DNA of 32,000 nucleotides. Origin: Opitutales bacterium. Lineage in GTDB: Bacteria > Verrucomicrobiota > Verrucomicrobiia > Opitutales > PNEW01. The notes below the pieces were generated by a model. It saw only the letters and a program-made list of their open reading frames with translations, made no database searches and was not told the origin of the DNA. Of the stretch, positions 1 through 7,753 are shown piece after piece; the first letter of the stretch is position 1; each line of letters begins with the position of its first letter. Location: positions 540,001-572,000 of the forward strand of contig CBDCNV010000001.1 of assembly GCA_965219535.1 (NCBI GenBank), written 5' to 3'. The position numbers and the translations under genes are program-made.

Positions 1-225
1 TATATCGGGATCATTGATTCCACTCAGCTTCAATCTTTCCGTCCCTATAGTATCGTTGTTTTCCTTGTCCTCGCTGCTGTTATTACACCGACGACCGATC
101 CTTTTACCTTCCTCCTTCTGGCCGTTCCCATGGGGTGCTTATATGAAATGTCGTTGTTCATTTCAAAAAAGGTCGAAAGTAAAAAATCCGTTGGGATGGA
201 GGACGCTGAAACGAGCACCGCTTAG
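1..225 (+). CDS. tatC: Tat translocase subunit TatC, C-terminal fragment (5' end lies outside the window)
   Basis: Frame 1 is open from base 1 to TAG at 223-225. The translation ...RPYSIVVFLVLAAVITPTTDPFTFLLLAVPMGCLYEMSLFISKK matches the conserved last-TM region of TatC (E. coli, from memory: [35 protein letters not shown]). It is absent from the ORF track because it has no start codon in the window. Confidence 0.8.
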   Translation, partial: YIGIIDSTQLQSFRPYSIVVFLVLAAVITPTTDPFTFLLLAVPMGCLYEMSLFISKKVESKKSVGMEDAETSTA

Positions 226-305
226 ACCGGCAGGAGAGGGGAAAATCATTCATTCCATGGCTGCCTTAAGTAAGCCGATAGGTTTTATTCCGATTATTAA
301 ATTTT

Positions 306-1652
306 ATGATCCCTCGCCGATGGCTGCAGCCCGATATTCCGATAAAACCTTCTCGTTGTTTTATCTATTACGGATGGCTGGTTCTCGTGGTCGGAACTTT
401 TGGTTCTTTGATGTCTATCCCTGGTCACCCCATGGGGTTCAGCGCTTTTATCGATCCGCTCATTGAATCATTGGGCGTGTCACGCGTTCAAATCAGTAGT
501 GCTTATTTTTTAGGAACAATACCGGTTGCCCTCGCTCTTCCCTGGATGGGCTATTTGTTGGATAAATATGGGGCTCGCCTGATCGGTATCCTATCGTCCC
601 TTATCATTGGGATTCATCTTATTTATCTTTCCGCAAGTGAATGGTTGACGATTTATTTCAATCGCCTCTTTGGCACATCTTCCCCGATTATTGCTTTTTG
701 TATTCTTATCATCGGTTTTATCGGTTTGAGGATTTTCAGTCACGGCGTGATGCAAACTGTTTCACGGGTGATGATTTCCAAGTGGTTTAATAAATCGCGT
801 GGTTTAATTATTGGGATCAGCGGAGCTTTCGGTGCAGCTTTTTTTTCCTGTTCACCTGTGCTCTTTAATTTTGCTATCGAACAAATCGGATGGAAGGCCA
901 CCTGGCTGGGGGTGGGGCTTTTCATTTGTTTCGGTTTTACATCCATTGTGTGGATCTTCTACCGGGACAATCCTGAAGAATGTGGATTACGAATAGATAA
1001 CCAGCCTGTGGTGGCCGACCCCTCTGAGACGACAATCGAGCCCACGTTGATTACCCGCCATGAGTTTACATTGAAGGAGACGATAAAGACGGCAGCTTTT
1101 TGGGTTCACGCCCTCACTTTTATGATGACTTCATTTATCTTTTCCGGGATTACCTTTAATATTATTCCTCTTGGCGATGACATGGGATTGGAAAGAAATC
1201 AGGCACTCGGGCTTTTTATCCCTATTGCTGTCTGTAATGTGATAGGCGGGTTTTTCCTGAGCTGGCTTAGTGATCGGGTAAAATTGAAGTACCTGCAAAT
1301 TGCTTTCACCATGATGCAAATCCTTTCGATGACAGGTTTACTCTTAATGCCTTCATGGTTTGGTATTGCCCTGTTTATATTTTGTCAGGGTATTGCAGGG
1401 GGATTTTTTTTAGCGCTCTTTGGCGTTTTGTGGCCGCGCTATTTCGGTTTGCGGCATTTGGGCGCGATAAGCAGCCTAGCATATTCTATGACCATCGTTT
1501 TAGCCGCGATGGGAACAATTGTTTTCAGCTTCTCTCGTAATTACACGGGAAGCTATGCAGCCGCAGCTGTTTTTTGTATGAGTATTTCTCTAACTCTCTT
1601 TTTCTTCTCTTTAAAAATAGAGAATCCTCAGGATAAATATGCCTCTACCTGA
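306..1652 (+). CDS. MFS transporter
   Basis: 448-aa ORF with about 12 hydrophobic segments split by a central hydrophilic loop. Its N-terminus is MFS-like (GWLVLVVGTFGSLMS...FSAFIDPL). It starts after the tatC stop. Confidence 0.8.
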   Translation: MIPRRWLQPDIPIKPSRCFIYYGWLVLVVGTFGSLMSIPGHPMGFSAFIDPLIESLGVSRVQISSAYFLGTIPVALALPWMGYLLDKYGARLIGILSSLIIGIHLIYLSASEWLTIYFNRLFGTSSPIIAFCILIIGFIGLRIFSHGVMQTVSRVMISKWFNKSRGLIIGISGAFGAAFFSCSPVLFNFAIEQIGWKATWLGVGLFICFGFTSIVWIFYRDNPEECGLRIDNQPVVADPSETTIEPTLITRHEFTLKETIKTAAFWVHALTFMMTSFIFSGITFNIIPLGDDMGLERNQALGLFIPIAVCNVIGGFFLSWLSDRVKLKYLQIAFTMMQILSMTGLLLMPSWFGIALFIFCQGIAGGFFLALFGVLWPRYFGLRHLGAISSLAYSMTIVLAAMGTIVFSFSRNYTGSYAAAAVFCMSISLTLFFFSLKIENPQDKYAST

Positions 1653-1676
1653 CGGCTGGAATCCTGAAATTAATCC

Positions 1677-2612
1677 CTACGATCCTATCCAGTCACTGAA
1701 ATACTTCAGCCCGACATTTCTCAGGTGAATGATATCTTCCTCACTCATGGCATGATGGGGCGGTCGGATATACCGTTTACATTTTAAAAATCCAGCGGCT
1801 TCTCCCTTACCCTTGTCCCAACCAGCATCGGTGTAGCCCCGGTTTTCCAACGGTTTTTGCCCTTCCAGATCAAAGGCTATATATTTTTCCTGCAGGGCAA
1901 TCGCCTCTTCCCATTTTCTCTCCTGGCATAGTGCATACAACTTGAGAGAGGCCCGAGGCCAGTAATTGATAAAATCGCTGTAAATACCCTTGCTCCCCCA
2001 AATCGTCATCTGCACGAGGGAAGATTCTCCACCGACAAAATGATTCATCGGTAGATCCGCGCGGAGCAGACCGACAAACTCCGGGATAGCAGAAACGGCT
2101 GATTTTGAACCAATTAAGCTGGGAACGGAAGGGAGGATTTTTTCATATTCCTTTTCCAAAAGCAGGCGTTTGCTCCTCATGGTATTGTAATGGACTAAAG
2201 GGATTCCCTCGGCGGCATCAGCTACGGCTTTAAAGAAATCAATAACTTCGTCATCGGTTAACGGCTGCCATGGAGGAAGGAGGATCTGTAGTCCATCTGG
2301 TCGGTGTGTTCCTTTAATCGCGATCTTGATTCGATCGAGCGTGGCTTTGGTACTCAGGCCGCCGCAGCCGATCTGGGTCAAGGTTGGATAGACGCTCGTT
2401 TCCTCGAGAAAGACCTCAACCATCCACGCAAACTCCTTATCTTCCACCGCATACCATTCGCCGGTCGTTCCCGTCGTATAGGCCCCATGAGTTCCCGTCT
2501 CGCATACGGTGCGAATGTCAGCGCGATAATCTTCTTCAATAAAACTGCCGTCCGGTTGTGAGGCTAGTGGAATGGCGGCAAATATACCTTTTAAATTATC
2601 GAGGGTTAGCAT
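1677..2612 (-). CDS. Dihydrodipicolinate synthase / N-acetylneuraminate lyase family class I aldolase
   Basis: 311 aa. It has the family-typical GAYTTGTTGEWYAV motif and a candidate Schiff-base lysine in LIGSKSA. It is convergent with the MFS gene. Confidence 0.7.
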   Translation of the reverse strand: MLTLDNLKGIFAAIPLASQPDGSFIEEDYRADIRTVCETGTHGAYTTGTTGEWYAVEDKEFAWMVEVFLEETSVYPTLTQIGCGGLSTKATLDRIKIAIKGTHRPDGLQILLPPWQPLTDDEVIDFFKAVADAAEGIPLVHYNTMRSKRLLLEKEYEKILPSVPSLIGSKSAVSAIPEFVGLLRADLPMNHFVGGESSLVQMTIWGSKGIYSDFINYWPRASLKLYALCQERKWEEAIALQEKYIAFDLEGQKPLENRGYTDAGWDKGKGEAAGFLKCKRYIRPPHHAMSEEDIIHLRNVGLKYFSDWIGS

Positions 2613-2686
2613 TTATCTTGGGTTTGATGAATGGGTTGCGATTCAGTGAGCAAGGGAAAGATGAGAACTGATTTGTATAAACATTG

Positions 2687-2787
2687 TCTACATTTATAAA
2701 AACAATAAAATCAACTTAAATAAATTATCCGTATGCCGTTATCTGAAATATGGGCGAATCGTATTCAAGTTGCGTGCATCCGGAATT
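2687..2787. repeat. Fragment of the GGGGTCAGG-type repeat family (copy H1), in the divergent intergenic region upstream of the cupin/pilus-like operon
   Basis: About 100 nt at high identity to 25741-25840. It contains an 11-bp stem (2712-2722 / 2762-2772). One compensatory change relative to the other copy preserves the stem. Confidence 0.5.
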
Positions 2788-2815
2788 AAATACATACCCA
2801 AAGGGAGGTAAAAGG

Positions 2816-3493
2816 ATGAAAATCACAAGCAATAATTATACGATCATTTCTAAGAATTCGAACGACCTCATCTATTGGGAAACGGGTGAATTCCCCGACT
2901 GGACGGCAATTAATTGTTTCAGAGCTTTCCCCGATATGTTCTCGGGGCTCGGTGTCGAACCGCATTACCACGACTGTGACGAAATTTGGCTCTTCAGCAA
3001 GGGGCATGGCGAGGTCTGGCTGAACGACCAGCGCTATGATATCACGCCGAATACCGCGGTCTATACCCCGATGGGTGTCATTCATCGCTTTCAGATGTTT
3101 TCCCACGGGGAAAACACCGCCATTGTCACCCCCATGGAACGCAAAAAAAGGCCCATCCATATTCTCGTTGAAGAGGACGGTCCGCCGGAGCCTACGGTGG
3201 ACGGATTCGTCGTTTCAGGAAAAAATAATAGCGGGCCCATAGTGGATCCCGGACCGCGCTGTCCGTTAAGTGAATTGCGGGCTGTGAATTTTAACGAGGG
3301 GGTAAAGTTCGATGAAGCACAACTGAGCCAGAACGAACACTGGAATGTGCTGGAGGGGATACTTGACCTTACCGTTGATGGCATCGAATTCCAACTCTCG
3401 GAGCATGATATTGCCTTGCTCCGCGCGGGAGCCGTTCGCGAGCTGCGCGCGAGTGAAAATGCCCGGGCTGTCATGGCTCGTGAGAGAAGTTAA
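2816..3493 (+). CDS. Cupin domain protein
   Basis: Cupin His motifs HYHDCDEIWLF...GVIHRF. A strong GGGAGG Shine-Dalgarno sits 7 nt before ATG 2816, so the ORF-track start at 2750 is probably over-extended. Confidence 0.7.
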   Translation: MKITSNNYTIISKNSNDLIYWETGEFPDWTAINCFRAFPDMFSGLGVEPHYHDCDEIWLFSKGHGEVWLNDQRYDITPNTAVYTPMGVIHRFQMFSHGENTAIVTPMERKKRPIHILVEEDGPPEPTVDGFVVSGKNNSGPIVDPGPRCPLSELRAVNFNEGVKFDEAQLSQNEHWNVLEGILDLTVDGIEFQLSEHDIALLRAGAVRELRASENARAVMARERS

Positions 3494-3505
3494 TGTAAGG
3501 ATTCG

Positions 3506-4120
3506 ATGTTCGCAGGTCAATCTTTGCTCTTCTCATTATTGATCACTATCGGCTTATTTTTTTTACCCGGTTATGGCTACTCTGAGGATGCTCCAGTCAA
3601 AGTGAATCGCGTAAAATTCAGTCGTGAAAATATTCTTGGTTTAAATAATTGGTACGAAATAGCAATCGAACTTGAAGGGGGGAGAGTTCCTGGGGTCGAT
3701 ACAATGAAACCCCGTTTTCTAAATAATGTAAGAGTCAGGCTAAGCTTGTGCTATGAGGTGAATTCCATCACCGGTAATGACTACCAATATTTTCAGTCTA
3801 CGGTTAAAATTATATCCCTTGAGAAGAGAAATAAGAAAGTCAGCTATTTTTATCTTCCACCGGAAATAATTCAACGTGACCGGTTAGACCTCAATCCCTT
3901 TGCCTATCTTGTGGAAATTGATATAGAAGGGACTCCATTAGCATTGGGGGTAAAAAATATTTCGTCCGTGCTAAGCGATTCATCGCGGCTCTTTAATTTT
4001 AAAGCGCGCATTGCATCGGAAGCAGCAAAAAATGCCGGCGTGCTGCAACCGATTTATCATACACCTTTCTACAATCTGCGTAATAAACTGGAGGATTCGC
4101 CATCCTATTATCGCGAGTAA
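3506..4120 (+). CDS. Secreted protein, first gene of the pilus-like operon (positional equivalent of Amuc_1102)
   Basis: 204 aa with an N-terminal signal-like segment (LLFSLLITIGLFFLPGYGYS). It starts 12 nt after the cupin stop. The assignment rests on synteny only. Confidence 0.55.
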   Translation: MFAGQSLLFSLLITIGLFFLPGYGYSEDAPVKVNRVKFSRENILGLNNWYEIAIELEGGRVPGVDTMKPRFLNNVRVRLSLCYEVNSITGNDYQYFQSTVKIISLEKRNKKVSYFYLPPEIIQRDRLDLNPFAYLVEIDIEGTPLALGVKNISSVLSDSSRLFNFKARIASEAAKNAGVLQPIYHTPFYNLRNKLEDSPSYYRE

Positions 4121-4167
4121 CTTAAACGCCTTTTTTTAATTAGTTTTTACGAACCCTATTGATCGAA

Positions 4168-5841
4168 ATGAAAACCGGGAAGCAGCTGATAATTAACTGC
4201 GGGTCGACTCATATTTCAGCTGCCATAATATCCAGTAAATTCTCAGGTAAGTTATACCTGGAGAATTTTTCGTTTGAGAGCCTTGATTATGACTACAGTC
4301 AAAGAGATGAATGGCAACCTGCAATCGAGGCCGCCTTACGCAGGCTTTTAATAAAAAATAAGTTCAGAGGTGATCCGGTCCTTATATTACCTTCATGTTT
4401 TTTTCTGCATAAACTCATCCGCGTACCCGTGGTGGAGAATTCCCGACAAAATATAATTGTTGCCTACGAAGTTGAACAGAGCATTCCCGATCAATACTCA
4501 GAAATAGTATGGGACCAATATGTCATCAGAAAAGACGAAGTAGAAGAGGAAGCAATAATTGTTCTTGTTAAGAAAGAGTGGATAGACAAATTTTGTGAGC
4601 GGGTATGTGCGTTAGGATTAAATCCTCTAGCAATTAGATCTGCTGCACTTTTGGACTATAATGCATTTCGTTTTGCGTACCCTGAATCAAAAGGAAACAC
4701 CCTGTTGCTAAATATTGGAGCGCGATCGATAAATCTAACTTATATTACTCCTGAGAGATTTTATCTTCGCTCCATCGCACTAGGTGGTAACTTTCTTACG
4801 CAATATATTGCTGATGAAATGGACGAGCCGTTTATTATATCTGAATCACGAAAGTGTGAGCAATTTACGGAAGCTGTTGGAAACCCTGGAAATCAATTCC
4901 TCGATTCCATATCACAAAAATCTGTTAGGGCATTTTGTAGTCGATTGTGCAATGAAATTACCCGCTCACTTGCGAGTTACACTCAACGCGCACAAACAGA
5001 ATACCCCCAACGCGCGTTAATAACAGGATTAAGTTCATCCGTGCCGGGACTTGCGGCACATTTGCATCAACAATTCAAAATTCCCGTAGAATTTTTTGCT
5101 CTAATGCAACAACTATTAATCGAGGACGAAGATGTTCGGGATCTGCTTGAAAAGCATCCGATGCAATTAAGTGAACCGTTGGGTGAAGCAAGTACTGATT
5201 TACTTAATAAAGGTTCAAGTATCAATCTGATACCAAAGCGCTTTGAAAATGAGCTTAGCTATCGCAGGCGTAAGCCCTATGCACTGACTGCTAAATGTCT
5301 CTTGGCGGTTATTGGCGCGCTATCACTCTTTCATAATTCTCAGGTTTTAAAATTCCATCGAAGTCAGCTCGAAGAGATCAACACTTATATAAAACCTATG
5401 AGAGATCTGCAGAATGAAATGAATAGTACACGAAGTCGCGTAATTGAAACGAAAGATAAGATCAACAAACTGGAAGGGCTTGTTAATTCAGGGGGTAATT
5501 GGATCAATTTTTTTGTCGATTTGCAGGAGCGTCTATCCGGGGTAGAGGATGTATGGTTGGATGATCTCGAAGTACTTAAACAAGATTCTGCAGAGAACGG
5601 ACCGCAACCCATTGAAGGAAACTGGCCAAGATTGAGACTGAATGGGCGTATGCTTGATCGTGAAAATCCTCTCGACCGGGTGAGTGATAATCTTCAGGAG
5701 CGTGTCAATCGGATGCTCAGTAAATTTGCGGAGTCGGCCTATATTTCAAAGGTTCAGGAAAAGAAATTCGATACGTCTAAGAACGGGATATTGGCCTTTG
5801 AATTTACGCTCATCTTACAACCTGAAAAGGCACTTTGGTAA
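4168..5841 (+). CDS. PilM-like actin-fold pilus-assembly protein fused to a TM segment and a PilN/PilO-like coiled-coil tail (Amuc_1101 position)
   Basis: The N-terminal ~350 aa carry PilM/FtsA-type phosphate motifs (INCGSTHISAAI, LLLNIGARSINLTYI). A hydrophobic segment (ALTAKCLLAVIGALSLF) and a coiled-coil region follow. An alternative TTG start lies at 4159. Confidence 0.75.
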   Translation: MKTGKQLIINCGSTHISAAIISSKFSGKLYLENFSFESLDYDYSQRDEWQPAIEAALRRLLIKNKFRGDPVLILPSCFFLHKLIRVPVVENSRQNIIVAYEVEQSIPDQYSEIVWDQYVIRKDEVEEEAIIVLVKKEWIDKFCERVCALGLNPLAIRSAALLDYNAFRFAYPESKGNTLLLNIGARSINLTYITPERFYLRSIALGGNFLTQYIADEMDEPFIISESRKCEQFTEAVGNPGNQFLDSISQKSVRAFCSRLCNEITRSLASYTQRAQTEYPQRALITGLSSSVPGLAAHLHQQFKIPVEFFALMQQLLIEDEDVRDLLEKHPMQLSEPLGEASTDLLNKGSSINLIPKRFENELSYRRRKPYALTAKCLLAVIGALSLFHNSQVLKFHRSQLEEINTYIKPMRDLQNEMNSTRSRVIETKDKINKLEGLVNSGGNWINFFVDLQERLSGVEDVWLDDLEVLKQDSAENGPQPIEGNWPRLRLNGRMLDRENPLDRVSDNLQERVNRMLSKFAESAYISKVQEKKFDTSKNGILAFEFTLILQPEKALW

Positions 5842-6786
5842 ATGAAGTGGGAGAACAGGAGTCCATATAATCGAGGAATTTCAACCGTATTATATCTTAT
5901 TATAATAAGTGAGATTACGCTTAACATTATTCAGACCCGTCAAATCGATCAGGTTCGAAACGAAATTAAAATCGGTGAGAACGTAATTCAGGATATAAAC
6001 ACGACCGATCCCTCGGTATCACCGGAAAATCTCGATGCAATAAAAAATAATTTGGCACGATTACATAAGCAATTCGATGCCTTTACACATATATTTTCAG
6101 GAGAGACATCGACTTTGCAACTAATGCCTGCTAACTACACTCAATCACAGGATTTGTATTTTGATATCGTCGCATTTATAGAAAACTACACTAAGCGTGC
6201 CCGGGAACTGAAAATCGAAATTAGTGAGGGCGAGAAGTTTGGGTTCTATGAAATTGAACGTTCGGGAAAAGGACCTGCAAAGCACAATCTATTACTTGTA
6301 TACAAACAACGTGTAATTATCGCGCACTTGCTCGCAAAATTGTATTTGGCGAGACCGCAAAAAATTCTGGCCGTATATCGAGAACCGGTTTCTTCACATG
6401 CAAGTAATTATCAAAGGTCGCCGGGTGGTTCTACAAAGGATGATTTTTTCAGAGTTGATCAGTCAATATCAGCTAATATTTCGAATGCGATAGAAACGAT
6501 AGGATTTCAGTTTATCTTCGCTGGTCAAACGCGGACATTGCGCTCTTTTCTTTCACAGCTCGAATCATTCGAGATTCCCATTGTCGTGCGTAGTGTGGAA
6601 GTGAAGTCATTTGAGGAGCGCGCGAAAGTTTCTTCATCAATGATGTTAAAAAATCAGATGAACAATAAACTGGGTGTTGGGCATGACAATAAAAGCCTTC
6701 CCATTATTAAGAGTAACCTGTCGGAATTTACTGTTACCATTGAATATATTGATAGCTTGAGAATGGGAACAAAGGCTAATTCTTAA
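5842..6786 (+). CDS. Amuc_1100-like pilus-associated envelope protein
   Basis: The ATG directly abuts the upstream stop. 314 aa with an N-terminal TM anchor. Segment GFQFIFAGQTRTLRSFLSQLESFEIPIVVRSVEVK resembles LEIAFQGDRESVLKAMNAITGMQDYLFTVNSIRIRN of Amuc_1100 (317 aa) as I recall it. It occupies the same position between the PilM-like gene and the secretin gene. Confidence 0.6.
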   Translation: MKWENRSPYNRGISTVLYLIIISEITLNIIQTRQIDQVRNEIKIGENVIQDINTTDPSVSPENLDAIKNNLARLHKQFDAFTHIFSGETSTLQLMPANYTQSQDLYFDIVAFIENYTKRARELKIEISEGEKFGFYEIERSGKGPAKHNLLLVYKQRVIIAHLLAKLYLARPQKILAVYREPVSSHASNYQRSPGGSTKDDFFRVDQSISANISNAIETIGFQFIFAGQTRTLRSFLSQLESFEIPIVVRSVEVKSFEERAKVSSSMMLKNQMNNKLGVGHDNKSLPIIKSNLSEFTVTIEYIDSLRMGTKANS

Positions 6787-6814
6787 CGCTTTAGAGAAAA
6801 TTTAATACGAGACA

Positions 6815-7108
6815 ATGAAATATTATTTAGTCATCAACTGTTTTTTATTCATTATAATTCTGTTAGGTGGATTCAGATTTATTCTTTTTTCAAACAGAGC
6901 TGAACTATTGCCATTTAATTCAGTGGTTGAGAAGCGACCATATCAACCTGTAAATTTAGCATCTGAAAATCGTGTATTAAAATCGTGGGATGGACCAGAA
7001 AGCCAAAGTCCAGGGAAGGACTGGGTATTTGAAGTTTTTACACCGCCAATAATTTTTTTGATCCACGAACAAGTGCATGGACATTGGAACCACCCGTTGA
7101 AGAAGTAG
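6815..7108 (+). CDS. N-terminal fragment (TM anchor) of a split pilus-operon gene (Amuc_1099 position)
   Basis: 97-aa ORF with a TM segment (YLVINCFLFIIILLGGFRFILF). It overlaps the next ORF by 25 nt. The two frames join at a T7 run at 7053-7059. Confidence 0.55.
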   Translation: MKYYLVINCFLFIIILLGGFRFILFSNRAELLPFNSVVEKRPYQPVNLASENRVLKSWDGPESQSPGKDWVFEVFTPPIIFLIHEQVHGHWNHPLKK

Positions 7109-7743
7109 AAAAGGATAAGCCTATAGGGCTCGAACTACTGGTCTTTAAACGGGAGCTATATCGATTACAGTATAATGGTTATCTTGTCGCTCCTTCCGGG
7201 GGTGTGAAGGCTACGATGGTCTTGATTGATAACCTGGAAACTGAAAAAGGAATCTACGGTCGCGTAGGGCAACGATTTGAAGACGATCATTTTTATATTC
7301 GATCATTTGACGTAATGCGATACCTCGTGCAGTCAGATAATTCCAATCAGACTCCTTATTTCGACGAGAACATAAGGCTTGTTGTATTTGATGAACGGCT
7401 CGGTGAGGAAATCACGCTAACGGGTAATAAGAAACGGTATAAACCACAAGTCAAAGCCGTGATAAGAATGATAGAAGACCCGATACAAACTGTCACGGTG
7501 GGCGAAGATGAATCATTTATCATCGCTGAGGCAGAGTATAAATGTGTTGAGATAGATCTTGCCAATAATTCAGTGAGAGTGAGAAGGAACTTATCGGCTC
7601 CAGCTAATGGAGTTATTGAAACCCTGATCGCGAAACCGGGAATCGACGGCACTACGCTGCTGCAAACAATTTCCGATCCAGCTGGAAGATCGCAAAATAA
7701 ATTAAAGTCATACCCGGAAGTTACCACTTTGGGAGAATCTTGA
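7084..7743 (+). CDS. C-terminal fragment of the same split gene
   Basis: This frame is open from 7033 and has only a TTG start at 7084. A -1 shift in the T7 run gives a continuous ~309-codon reading: ...FEVFTPPIIF(L/F)DPRTSAWTLEPPVEE... Confidence 0.55.
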   Translation: MEPPVEEVEKDKPIGLELLVFKRELYRLQYNGYLVAPSGGVKATMVLIDNLETEKGIYGRVGQRFEDDHFYIRSFDVMRYLVQSDNSNQTPYFDENIRLVVFDERLGEEITLTGNKKRYKPQVKAVIRMIEDPIQTVTVGEDESFIIAEAEYKCVEIDLANNSVRVRRNLSAPANGVIETLIAKPGIDGTTLLQTISDPAGRSQNKLKSYPEVTTLGES

Positions 7744-7753
7744 AGCGTAGCTA

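Noticed and set aside
14-466. 150-aa ORF at 14-466.
   Set aside because: It overlaps the 3' end of tatC in another frame and the 5' end of the MFS gene, and it has a low-complexity composition. It is a spurious ORF.
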